A DNA stretch of 64,000 nt from an uncultured Gammaproteobacteria bacterium (GTDB lineage: Bacteria > Patescibacteriota > Patescibacteriia > UBA11705 > JABHMO01): contig CAZAKN010000001.1 in NCBI GenBank assembly GCA_964486065.1, positions 16,657 through 80,656 on the forward strand, read 5' to 3'. Positions 10,204 to 19,198 of this stretch are shown piece after piece. Numbering within the stretch: the first letter of the stretch is position 1; every line of letters begins with the position of its first letter. The position numbers and the translations under genes are program-made. A model generated the notes under the pieces. It did no database searches and was not told the DNA's origin. It saw nothing but the letters and a program-made list of their open reading frames with translations.

Positions 10204-10644
10204 ATGGAAAATATTGTTTTGCAAAACAATGATGATTCGCGATTTGATTTGTTTAAATATCAAGACAAGAATAATTTGCTCTTGATTTTTTTTCGTGGCG
10301 CTTGGTGCGGGCATTGTAAAAAACAGTTGTCCGGTTTGCAAAAACGCTTGTCCGAACTGGAAAAAATGAATTACAAAGTGGTGGCGATTTCCGGTGATTC
10401 CAAATTAAAATCAAGTTTGCTGAAAATTTTTTTAAAATTGGATTTTCCGGTTTTGGCGGATGAAAATTTTTCAGTTATTGATAAATATAATTTGAAAACA
10501 GAATATAAAAATAAACCCGTATCCAAACCAGCAGTTTTTCTTTACAATTCGGAACATCAAGAAGTATATTCGTATATTGGTGAGGATTATAATGATCGCC
10601 TCGGCGCGGACACGCTTATTGAAAAGATCGCAGAATACCGCTAA
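10204..10644 (+). CDS. AhpC/TSA-family redoxin
   Basis: FFRGAWCGHC CxxC motif, VVAISGD, FPVLAD; start moved to ATG 10204. Confidence 0.8.
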   Translation: MENIVLQNNDDSRFDLFKYQDKNNLLLIFFRGAWCGHCKKQLSGLQKRLSELEKMNYKVVAISGDSKLKSSLLKIFLKLDFPVLADENFSVIDKYNLKTEYKNKPVSKPAVFLYNSEHQEVYSYIGEDYNDRLGADTLIEKIAEYR

Positions 10645-10752
10645 TAATTACCGTGGACACCGACAAGAATCGGTACTATCTTTGTCCGCATTGGAAATAC
10701 AATATGGAAAAGAAAATATATAATAATACAAACGAAATTATTCACCCTAATT

Positions 10753-11364
10753 ATGGCTCCATCATTTCACAGTAAACGATTAAACAACAAAATAAAATCA
10801 ACTGATAATTTATATGTTTTTATAGATTCTTCAAATCTATGGGCTGCACAAAAATCTAAAGGTAAATTATTTGATTATCAAAAATTAATAAAATATATAT
10901 AAATAAAATTCAATCCTAAAAAAATAGAAATATTCTATTACACAGCTTATCCAGCTGATGGGACAAGAGATTACAGTTTAGATAAAAGACATAAGTTTTT
11001 CACATTCCTCAAAAAAGGTTTGGGATTCATTGTAAGGAAAAAACCATTAAAACGAATTAAGATAACTGATGATGAATTAGGCGAAGGAATAAAAGAAAAA
11101 GGAGATATGGATGTTGAAATAACAGTTGATGCAATGCATCATAAAGATAAATATGATACTGTAATTTTCTTTTCTGGTGACTCAGATTTTCTTGCATTGG
11201 TAAGTTATCTAAAAAATCTGGATAAAAAAGTATATATTTTCTCATCAAAAAATAATATTTCAGAAGAATTGCGTACTAGCGCAGATGGATATTGTGATGT
11301 ATTAACAATTAATGAAAATACAGATAACATCTGGGGCAGAGAATTAAAAAGAAGACTAAAATAA
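10753..11364 (+). pseudogene. NYN (LabA/DUF88, PIN-like) ribonuclease with premature stop
   Basis: One frame runs from ATG 10753 (YVFIDSSNL) to KGDMDVEI and FSGDSDF, interrupted only by TAA at 10900-10902; AT-richer than flanks. Confidence 0.8.
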
Positions 11365-11615
11365 AAACAACCCTCCGCAAGGAAGGTTGCCCTAAGATGT
11401 AACACCCTAACAGTTCTATGGCTAGAACTGTAAGACATTATCAATAGAACATCCCCATTATAATTATCAATAGAATAAATAAAATTTTTTACTAAATTTA
11501 GAATAATAATTATCCACAATAACTAAGCACAGCGCGGGAGAGTCACTAAGAACGATCAAAATACACATCGTTCTTAAATAATCATTTAACTTCATGATTC
11601 AAGAACTGAAATATT

Positions 11616-12650
11616 ATGCTAACTTCATCCTTTGATTATAATCTGCCGTCCGATTTAATCGCTCGGCAACCGGCCAAACCGAGAGACCACTCTCGGCTCA
11701 TGATTTATGATCGGAAAAGTAAAAAAATAAATCATGAAAAATTTTTGAATTTGGATAAATATCTGAACTCCAATGATGTTTTGGTTTTCAATGATTCAAA
11801 AGTTTTTCCGGCTCGGCTAATCGGGAAAAAACAAAGTGGTGGCCGAGCTGAGGTTTTATTGCTTAAAAAAATAAATAATCATGAATGGGAAGCCATGCTC
11901 GGCATGAGCAATCCTCGTCCGGGAGTGAAAGTGATTTTTAAGAAAAATTTTCACGCGGATATTATTGATCAAAAGGAAGGTAAAACATGGCGCGTGAAAT
12001 TCAATTTATGCGGCAACTCTTTCTGGCGTGAAGTCAATCGCTTGGGAAAAGTGCCTTTGCCTCCATATATTCAAAGTCAAGAAAAACAAAGTCGCTTGAA
12101 AAAACAATATCAAACCGTTTATTCCAAACAAATAGGCTCCGCGGCCGCACCCACGGCCGGCTTGCATTTTACACCACGATTGCTTCGCAAATTACGCGCC
12201 AAAGGAGTGAAATTTGAATTTGTTACCTTGCATGTCGGGCTGGGAACTTTCGCACCGCTTGATACTCGTCGCGTTGAGGATTACCGGATCCATGAAGAAT
12301 GGGTGAGTGTGCCGAAAAAAACATTGAACAATTTGTCGCTACACAAAGAAAAAGGTCGTCGTATTATTGCGGTTGGCACTACTTCCACGCGGACATTGGA
12401 AGCGATTTTCCGCGAATCCGCGCGTGAGTTTAAACAGGATTACAATGATTTTGTGAACATATATATTTATCCGCCATACAAATTCAGATTTGTGGACGCT
12501 TTGATTACCAATTTCCATTTACCTAAATCCAGTTTGTTGGTTTTGGTTTCCGCTTTCGCGGGGAAAAACAAGATTAAGAAATTGTATGATTTGGCGGTTA
12601 AGCTGAAATATCGTTTTTACAGTTTCGGTGATTCCATGTTCATTCGCTGA
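11616..12650 (+). CDS. queA: S-adenosylmethionine:tRNA ribosyltransferase-isomerase
   Basis: FDYNLP, PLPPYI, AAPTAGLHFT, TNFHLPKS, YRFYSFGD. Confidence 0.95.
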   Translation: MLTSSFDYNLPSDLIARQPAKPRDHSRLMIYDRKSKKINHEKFLNLDKYLNSNDVLVFNDSKVFPARLIGKKQSGGRAEVLLLKKINNHEWEAMLGMSNPRPGVKVIFKKNFHADIIDQKEGKTWRVKFNLCGNSFWREVNRLGKVPLPPYIQSQEKQSRLKKQYQTVYSKQIGSAAAPTAGLHFTPRLLRKLRAKGVKFEFVTLHVGLGTFAPLDTRRVEDYRIHEEWVSVPKKTLNNLSLHKEKGRRIIAVGTTSTRTLEAIFRESAREFKQDYNDFVNIYIYPPYKFRFVDALITNFHLPKSSLLVLVSAFAGKNKIKKLYDLAVKLKYRFYSFGDSMFIR

Positions 12651-12748
12651 CATTTGACCGTTGACTAAAATGAGATTTTACTGTATTCTTGCGGTAGGGC
12701 CAAACGGATAGGGAAGAAGATTAACATTTCTCTACAGTCGGAGGAACA

Positions 12749-13117
12749 ATGCAAACGCAAATTCCTGACCCACCGATCTGTTTGGTTTTGGAGGATGATC
12801 CCGGGATTCTGAAGGTCCTCGGGAGCTTCTTGAAAGCGAAAAGCCAAAACAGATTTCAAGTGGAAACCACGAACTCGGTCGCGGACGCCGTTAAATTGAT
12901 CGCCAAAGGGGTAGTCAAACTGGTGATCTATGATCAAACTTTGGTCAAGATGAATGGCGAAGAACTGGTTTCCGAAGCCAAGAACAAGCAAACCTTAACA
13001 ATCATGATTTCCGGATTCCAATCGGGAAAAGGTAAGTATGATGATTTCATCCCAAAACCTTTTCACAAGGAACAGCTGGAAAAACTCAGCCGACTTTTAA
13101 AAAAAATATTCGGCTGA
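12749..13117 (+). CDS. Single-domain response regulator (receiver)
   Basis: LVLEDD, phospho-Asp in VIYDQ, MISG, PKPF; SD GGAGG at 12740-12744; promoter TTGACT-17-TATTCT at 12661-12689. Confidence 0.75.
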   Translation: MQTQIPDPPICLVLEDDPGILKVLGSFLKAKSQNRFQVETTNSVADAVKLIAKGVVKLVIYDQTLVKMNGEELVSEAKNKQTLTIMISGFQSGKGKYDDFIPKPFHKEQLEKLSRLLKKIFG

Positions 13118-13211
13118 ACATCGTAACGGGCGGAGCCACTCATGGTGACGCCTGTTTTATTTTTGCGATATTTTTGCTACAATTACCATAATAATAATTT
13201 AAAAATGTATT

Positions 13212-14150
13212 ATGAAACAAAAATTTATTGTGGATTTTCAACTTAATGATAAATTGCAAAATGAAGAATTCGCAATCAAACAATTCAAATTCGGCAAAAC
13301 TCATGACGGGCGAGATTATGTTGATGTGTTGCTCAGTGATAAAACCGGAGAAATACAAGGTAAAATTTGGCAGGATGAAATCGCTTCATGCGAAACCGTC
13401 AAGCCTGGGGATATTGTGCGTTTGTCCGGGCATGTCGGAGAGTTTAAAGATAAACAACAGTTGAAAATATCTTTTTTACAAAAAATTGAAGATTTCAATT
13501 TACCTGACTTTTTGCCCACCACGGAAAAAGATCCTGAAGAAATGTGGACCCGCGTTAAAGCATACATGGATAAAATTGAAGATGCAGATATCGCCAAATT
13601 GATAAACAATATTTTTTCCGATGATTTTATCAATGATTACAAAAAAGCACCGGCCGCGGAAAAAATTCATCACGCGTATTTGGGGGGGCTTATGGAGCAT
13701 ACTTTGGAAATGTTGGATTTGTCCGCCGTTATATGTGAACACTATCAAGATTTGGATAAATCATTGCTTATCGGAGGAATTATTTTGCATGATATCGGCA
13801 AATTGCAAGAACTGCACGTGGATCATACGATTTATCGTACCACGGCGGGGAGTTTGGCCGGACATATTTCGCTGGGTGCCATGATGGTGGATAAGGAAAT
13901 ACAAAAAATTAAAAATTTTCCGAAAGAAAAAAAAGTAAAACTTTTAAATATTGTACTGAGCCATCATGAAAAATTGGAATTCGGCAGTCCTGTTAAACCC
14001 ATGACCGCCGAGGCTTTCGCCGTGGCGTATATTGATAATTTGTCAGCCAAGGTCAATACCGCCGATCAGGTGGTAAAAAACTACTCTAGTGGCGATCATG
14101 AATATAGTGACAGGATTTTCGCTTTGGATACCAAGCTTTATTTAAATTAA
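13212..14150 (+). CDS. yhaM: 3'-5' exoribonuclease YhaM/Cbf1 (OB fold + HD domain)
   Basis: N-terminal OB fold (DKTGEI), APAAEKIHHAYLGGL, LHDIGK, SHH, GSPVKP. Confidence 0.85.
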   Translation: MKQKFIVDFQLNDKLQNEEFAIKQFKFGKTHDGRDYVDVLLSDKTGEIQGKIWQDEIASCETVKPGDIVRLSGHVGEFKDKQQLKISFLQKIEDFNLPDFLPTTEKDPEEMWTRVKAYMDKIEDADIAKLINNIFSDDFINDYKKAPAAEKIHHAYLGGLMEHTLEMLDLSAVICEHYQDLDKSLLIGGIILHDIGKLQELHVDHTIYRTTAGSLAGHISLGAMMVDKEIQKIKNFPKEKKVKLLNIVLSHHEKLEFGSPVKPMTAEAFAVAYIDNLSAKVNTADQVVKNYSSGDHEYSDRIFALDTKLYLN

Positions 14151-14151
14151 T

Positions 14152-15354
14152 ATGAATAATAAGCTACTAACAAACAAGGTGGATATCATCATGTTGAATA
14201 TGTCCGCTTACGCGGATTGGCAAAGTGGCGTGGTCAACCGAAATTTTCATGTGCTGCAAAATCTAGTCAAACAACCGGAAGTGAACAAGGTGGTGGCGGT
14301 TGATTTTTTACCATTGAAATTAAAATCCGCGTTAAAAACTTATTGGCGGGGAGTGGTGAGAGGTCCGCGTTCCGCGGAAACCGTTTACGGAGATTTAACC
14401 ACCGCGTGTTATCGGGAAAACGCCAAATTATATATATATTCAAGCGTTGATTCTTTGTTTTCCAAGCAAACCGTGGTCAAAGAATTGCGAAAAATCATCA
14501 ATAAATTAAAATTGAACAAGCCGATATTTTGGTCATTCAATCCCTTGTTTGTGGAACATGTTTTGTCGTTCAATCATAATCTTCAAGTATTTGATGCGGT
14601 GGATAATTGGGCCGAACATAGCCAATATTTAAAAATCATGAAGCAGGATAAAATATTGGCCAATTACCGACATCTGGCGGAAGCATCCGACGAAATATTC
14701 ACTGTATCCGAATCCATGGTGGAACAATTCAGAAAATTCGGGCGTAAAAATAATTTGCGACGCGTTGCCAATGGCGTGGATTGCAAACATTTCAATGATC
14801 CCGTAAAAAGAGAGCGTCAAACGGAATTGGATAAGATTACCAGGCCGGTCATCGGTTATTTGGGAACCGTTCAAGACCGATTGGATTTTGAACTGATCGC
14901 AAAATTGGCTGAAGCCAATCAAGATAAAACTATTGCTTTGTGCGGTCCGATTTGGCCGAATGTGCGAAACGCGGTGCAACAAATCCTCGGCCGACATGAA
15001 AACATTTTGTTTACCGGTCGCGTTCCGTATAACGAAAGTCCGGCATATTTGCGTCGCTTTGATGTAGCGATAATTCCGCATTTGGTAAATAAATTCACCA
15101 AATCAATGGATCCCATGAAGCTTTATGAATATTTGGTAGCCGGCAAACCAGTGGTGGCTTCGCTCGGTGGAGGCATAGAAGATTATAAAGATTATATTTA
15201 TCCGGCGAAAGATCACGCGGAATTCATTTCGCAAATTGAAAAAGCTTTTTCCGCCGATAACGAACAATTGGCCGAAGCCGCGCGTCAAGCGGTCAAACAT
15301 AATTCTTGGGAAAACATTGTTCGTAAAATGTTGGAAACCGTTTTAAAAGCTTAA
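14152..15354 (+). CDS. Glycosyltransferase (GT4/TuaH-like)
   Basis: DAVDNW, VANGVD, PMKLYEYLVAGKPVV. Confidence 0.8.
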   Translation: MNNKLLTNKVDIIMLNMSAYADWQSGVVNRNFHVLQNLVKQPEVNKVVAVDFLPLKLKSALKTYWRGVVRGPRSAETVYGDLTTACYRENAKLYIYSSVDSLFSKQTVVKELRKIINKLKLNKPIFWSFNPLFVEHVLSFNHNLQVFDAVDNWAEHSQYLKIMKQDKILANYRHLAEASDEIFTVSESMVEQFRKFGRKNNLRRVANGVDCKHFNDPVKRERQTELDKITRPVIGYLGTVQDRLDFELIAKLAEANQDKTIALCGPIWPNVRNAVQQILGRHENILFTGRVPYNESPAYLRRFDVAIIPHLVNKFTKSMDPMKLYEYLVAGKPVVASLGGGIEDYKDYIYPAKDHAEFISQIEKAFSADNEQLAEAARQAVKHNSWENIVRKMLETVLKA

Positions 15355-15355
15355 T

Positions 15356-16249
15356 ATGAAATTATCAATTATAATTGTCAGCTGGAATGTTAAAGATTTA
15401 CTTTATAAATTATTGGAATCAATTTTTTATTACACTCGCGACCTTGAATTTGAAGTGATAGTGGTGGACAATAACTCTTCGGACGGAACTGTGGGGATGA
15501 TTAAAAGACAAAACGGAGAAGCGATCAAAACGGGTCAATTGCGAATTATCGCTAACAAAGAAAACGCCGGATTTGCCAAAGCCAATAATCAAGGAATGGA
15601 AATAGCCAAAGGAGATTATATTATTTTCATGAATCCCGATATGGAATTGGTGGAAAACAGTTTCGGAAAAATAATCAATTATTTTTCCGCCAATCCGCGA
15701 GTAGATATTTGCGCGGTAAAACTTTTGTATCCTGACTTGACAGTTCAACCCAATGTAAAAAAAGATCCTGATTGGCGCAGTCAAGCCATGATTCTTTTGA
15801 AAATGCATCACCTAACGCAAAGCAAATCTGTCAAAGAATATTTGCGCAAAGATTTTAATTACGATCAGGAATCGGAGGTTGAACAAGTAATGGGAGCTTT
15901 CTTGGCGATGCCCCGCGCAGCGGCACTCAAACTTAATGGTTGGAATGAAGATTTTTGGTTGTGGTGGGAAGATGTGGATCTGTGTCGCAGAGCTCGCGAA
16001 ACGGGGATGACGATCAAATATTGGCCGGGGACCAAAATTATTCATCATGAAGGCAAGAGTTTTCAGCAAAAAAAATCTTTGGTCAAACAACGCCGTTTCA
16101 ATAAAGGAATGCTATTGTATTTTGCTCAACATGGTGGTCGGGGAGAGTATGCTTTGTTGAAATCCTTGCAACCGATCAGCTTGGCTTTGGCGCTTATGGC
16201 GCAATTGGCTGATGTTAAACCGAAAACGCAATCTAAAATTTCCCAATAA
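15356..16249 (+). CDS. Glycosyltransferase family 2 (rhamnosyltransferase-like)
   Basis: SIIIVSWN, VDNNSSDG, GFAKANNQG, NPD, WEDVDLC. Confidence 0.85.
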   Translation: MKLSIIIVSWNVKDLLYKLLESIFYYTRDLEFEVIVVDNNSSDGTVGMIKRQNGEAIKTGQLRIIANKENAGFAKANNQGMEIAKGDYIIFMNPDMELVENSFGKIINYFSANPRVDICAVKLLYPDLTVQPNVKKDPDWRSQAMILLKMHHLTQSKSVKEYLRKDFNYDQESEVEQVMGAFLAMPRAAALKLNGWNEDFWLWWEDVDLCRRARETGMTIKYWPGTKIIHHEGKSFQQKKSLVKQRRFNKGMLLYFAQHGGRGEYALLKSLQPISLALALMAQLADVKPKTQSKISQ

Positions 16250-16251
16250 AT

Positions 16252-17790
16252 ATGGAATCATTATTCGCCAGATTTAAGCAAATCAAATTTTTCGGTGGCA
16301 ACTTTCGCTTATATTTATTACTATTTATTTTCGTGGAATTGTTGTCTTTCACCGTGCATTGGCTATCCATCGCCGTGGACATAAGCTTTTTTGTTTATGT
16401 GGCTTTGATGTTGTTCACCTTGTTGCTCACGCTGAAAAATTTGCGTTACGGCTTTTATGTCGCGCTCGGTGAATTATTTATCGGTTCGCAAGGCCATTTA
16501 TTTGACTTGCGGATCAATGATTTTACGATTTCCATCCGCATGGGAATTTTCGCGATTGTTATGTCCGCTTGTTTTTTTCATTTGTTGAAATCGGAGCAGC
16601 GCGCCAAAATCTTTAATTTTTTTCGTGAATTCAAAAGTTTGTTGATTTTCGCCGGGTTTGTTGCTTTGGGTTTGGTTCTGGCTTTTGTTTACGACAACTC
16701 GCCGGCAATGATTTACGCGGATTTTAACGCGTGGCTGTATTTCGCGTATTTTATTCCCGCTGTTTTGGTTTTGGCGGAAATAAAATATTTTAATCGCGTT
16801 TTACAAATTTTTACCGCCTCCATTACCGCGATTGCTTTAAAAACTCTAATATTTGTCTATGTTTTTTCGCATCAAATGCCACTCATGCGCGATCTTTATG
16901 ATTGGGGACGCGACACGCGTTGGGGAGAATTTACGCAGATGGACGGCGGATTTTTCCGGATATTTTCACAAGCGCAAATTTTCGCTTTGTTAGGTTTTCT
17001 CTTAATCTTCTGTTATTTGGCGCTGAAAGGTTTGCGCAATTATCGCACCTCTCAAAATAAATCGCTTAATTTAATCATGATTATACTTTTGGCGATAATT
17101 ATCGTCAGTTTGTCGCGGAGTTTTTGGGTTGCCCTGGCGGGCGGCTTTTTGCTGATTTTGCCGGCCATGATTTTTATTTACAAATTCAATTTTTCCAAAC
17201 TTTTAATTTTATTCGGTCGGTTAATGTTTTTGACTTTGTCCGCGTATTTGCTCATTATTTTGATTATCAATATTCCCTTACTGAATTACAGTGGAGAATT
17301 GCGTGGTGGCACGGATATTTCCAAGCGGATAAACATTGACGGCGTTGCGGTTTCCAGTCGTTGGAGCCAGCTACCCGAATTGTGGCCCGCGATCAATAAT
17401 CATTTATTGTTCGGCTCCGGCTGGGGTAGAACCATAACTTATCAAAGTCAAGATCCGCGGATTCTGAACGAATATAATCCGGAAGGTTATTACACCACTT
17501 ACGCATTTGAATGGGGTTATTTGGATTTAATTTTAAAAATCGGTCTATTCGGCATGGCGTCATATTTGATTTTCTTGTTTTCTTTATTTTATCGTTTGAT
17601 GAATTTATGGAAAAAAAATAAAGACCACTATTTTCGTGCTCTTTGTTTCGGCTTGTTTATCGCTTTGGCCTCTTTGTTACTAACTCACGGTTTCAGCCCA
17701 TATTTGAACCATCCGTTGGGTATCGGTTTTGTGATTATCGTCGCGGTTTTCGTCTTTCGATTTAAACAAGAAAACTTATTTCAGAACTGA
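16252..17790 (+). CDS. O-antigen ligase/polymerase-family membrane protein
   Basis: About 12 TM helices, SLSRSFW, FGSGWG, GYLDLILKIGLFG. Confidence 0.75.
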   Translation: MESLFARFKQIKFFGGNFRLYLLLFIFVELLSFTVHWLSIAVDISFFVYVALMLFTLLLTLKNLRYGFYVALGELFIGSQGHLFDLRINDFTISIRMGIFAIVMSACFFHLLKSEQRAKIFNFFREFKSLLIFAGFVALGLVLAFVYDNSPAMIYADFNAWLYFAYFIPAVLVLAEIKYFNRVLQIFTASITAIALKTLIFVYVFSHQMPLMRDLYDWGRDTRWGEFTQMDGGFFRIFSQAQIFALLGFLLIFCYLALKGLRNYRTSQNKSLNLIMIILLAIIIVSLSRSFWVALAGGFLLILPAMIFIYKFNFSKLLILFGRLMFLTLSAYLLIILIINIPLLNYSGELRGGTDISKRINIDGVAVSSRWSQLPELWPAINNHLLFGSGWGRTITYQSQDPRILNEYNPEGYYTTYAFEWGYLDLILKIGLFGMASYLIFLFSLFYRLMNLWKKNKDHYFRALCFGLFIALASLLLTHGFSPYLNHPLGIGFVIIVAVFVFRFKQENLFQN

Positions 17791-18720
17791 GCCGATGAAA
17801 TCTTGATGTCCATTGATGAAATCCTTGATCGGGATTTCTTTTTTTCCCGCCAATTTTATTTGCTGAAGACTCAATGCGTCACGCCCGCAAGAAACAAGAA
17901 TTTGATCGTCCGAGCGATAAACCGTTCCGGGGGATTCGTCTTTGCAATCTTCCACCGGCTTGGCTTTGACGATATCAAGCTTTTCATTGTTCCAGAAAGT
18001 ATAAGTTCCTGGCCATGAAGCGTAAGCTCTCATTTGATTGTAGATATCGTCCGCGCTTTTGCGCCAATCAATTCTGCCGTCTTCCTTTGTTAATTTATAA
18101 CAATATGAAGCGTTATCATCATTTTGCGTGATAAGATTCGGTTTTGATTTGATTAAAACTTTGATCGCTTTATTTAGAATTCTGATTGATTCCAGCGCCA
18201 GCTTTTTGCTTAATTTTAAATAGTTGTCCTCATTTTCAATCGGTATGGTTGATTGCGCGACAATATCACCACTGTCCAATTTGGTATCCAGCAAAATTAT
18301 GGAAACTCCGGTTTCATTGTCACCGTTCAGAAGAGCGGATTCAATCGGCGTGGCGCCACGATATTTCGGCAAAAGCGATGGATGAATATTCACGCATCCG
18401 TTGGGCGTTAAATTGATCATGGCTTCAGGCAATATTTTTCCATAGGCGGTCAGTACCATGATATCGGCCTCCAACTTGCCCAGCTCATCATAAAGTTTGG
18501 GATTTTTTTTCAATTCCAGAGGTTGCCAGTATGGAATATTTTGCTTCAAGGCCAATTGCTTGATCAGAGGGGCGGTGATGGTCTTATTGCGTCCCGCCGG
18601 TTTATCTATTTCCGTAACCACGCCGACTACATGAAAGTTTTTAATTAAATCAAGCAAAATCGGAACACCGAATTCATCGGTGCCCACGAAAATTATTTTA
18701 ATGTCTTTTTGGTCAGACAT
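17776..18720 (-). CDS. fmt: Methionyl-tRNA formyltransferase
   Basis: IIFVGTDEF, NIHPSLLPKYRGATPI, LDSGD; start moved to ATG 18720. Confidence 0.95.
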   Translation of the reverse strand: MSDQKDIKIIFVGTDEFGVPILLDLIKNFHVVGVVTEIDKPAGRNKTITAPLIKQLALKQNIPYWQPLELKKNPKLYDELGKLEADIMVLTAYGKILPEAMINLTPNGCVNIHPSLLPKYRGATPIESALLNGDNETGVSIILLDTKLDSGDIVAQSTIPIENEDNYLKLSKKLALESIRILNKAIKVLIKSKPNLITQNDDNASYCYKLTKEDGRIDWRKSADDIYNQMRAYASWPGTYTFWNNEKLDIVKAKPVEDCKDESPGTVYRSDDQILVSCGRDALSLQQIKLAGKKEIPIKDFINGHQDFIGSVLK

Positions 18721-18730
18721 GGTATGTGTT

Positions 18731-19174
18731 TTACTTCTTATCAACAATCAAAATACCATCCAAATGATCAAGTTCATGTTGGATAACTCTGGCAAACATG
18801 CCATTGGCTTTAAATTCGGTTTCCTTGCCTTGTTTATCCAAGGCTTTGACTTTGATTGAATTATGTCTTTTTACATTAACGAAAGTTTCAGGTACGCTCA
18901 AGCACCCTTCTTCTTGAACGCTTTGGCGCCAGGATTTGGAGATTATTTTCGGATTGATCAAAGTCAACGGACCGTCTTTGGTTGCCACGATGACTACGCG
19001 AATATTGCGTCCGATTTGCGGGGCGGCCAAACCGATACCGTCTTTTTTGTACATGGTTTCCGCCATGTCTTCCAGTAATGTTTGGAATTCCGAATCTTTA
19101 ATTTGTTCAGCCGGAACCGATTTTGACTTTTCATGTAAACTCGGTTCGGGCAAAGTTACTATGTTTAATATCAT
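18731..19174 (-). CDS. def: Peptide deformylase
   Basis: GIGLAAPQIG, EGCLS, QHELDHLDG. Confidence 0.97.
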   Translation of the reverse strand: MILNIVTLPEPSLHEKSKSVPAEQIKDSEFQTLLEDMAETMYKKDGIGLAAPQIGRNIRVVIVATKDGPLTLINPKIISKSWRQSVQEEGCLSVPETFVNVKRHNSIKVKALDKQGKETEFKANGMFARVIQHELDHLDGILIVDKK

Positions 19175-19198
19175 ATTTTTTACCTTAATTTAAATAAA

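Noticed and set aside
11521-11600. preQ1 riboswitch upstream of queA
   Set aside because: Only a 10-bp inverted repeat (TAAGAACGAT/ATCGTTCTTA, 11547-11576); preQ1 loop and A-rich tail consensus not found
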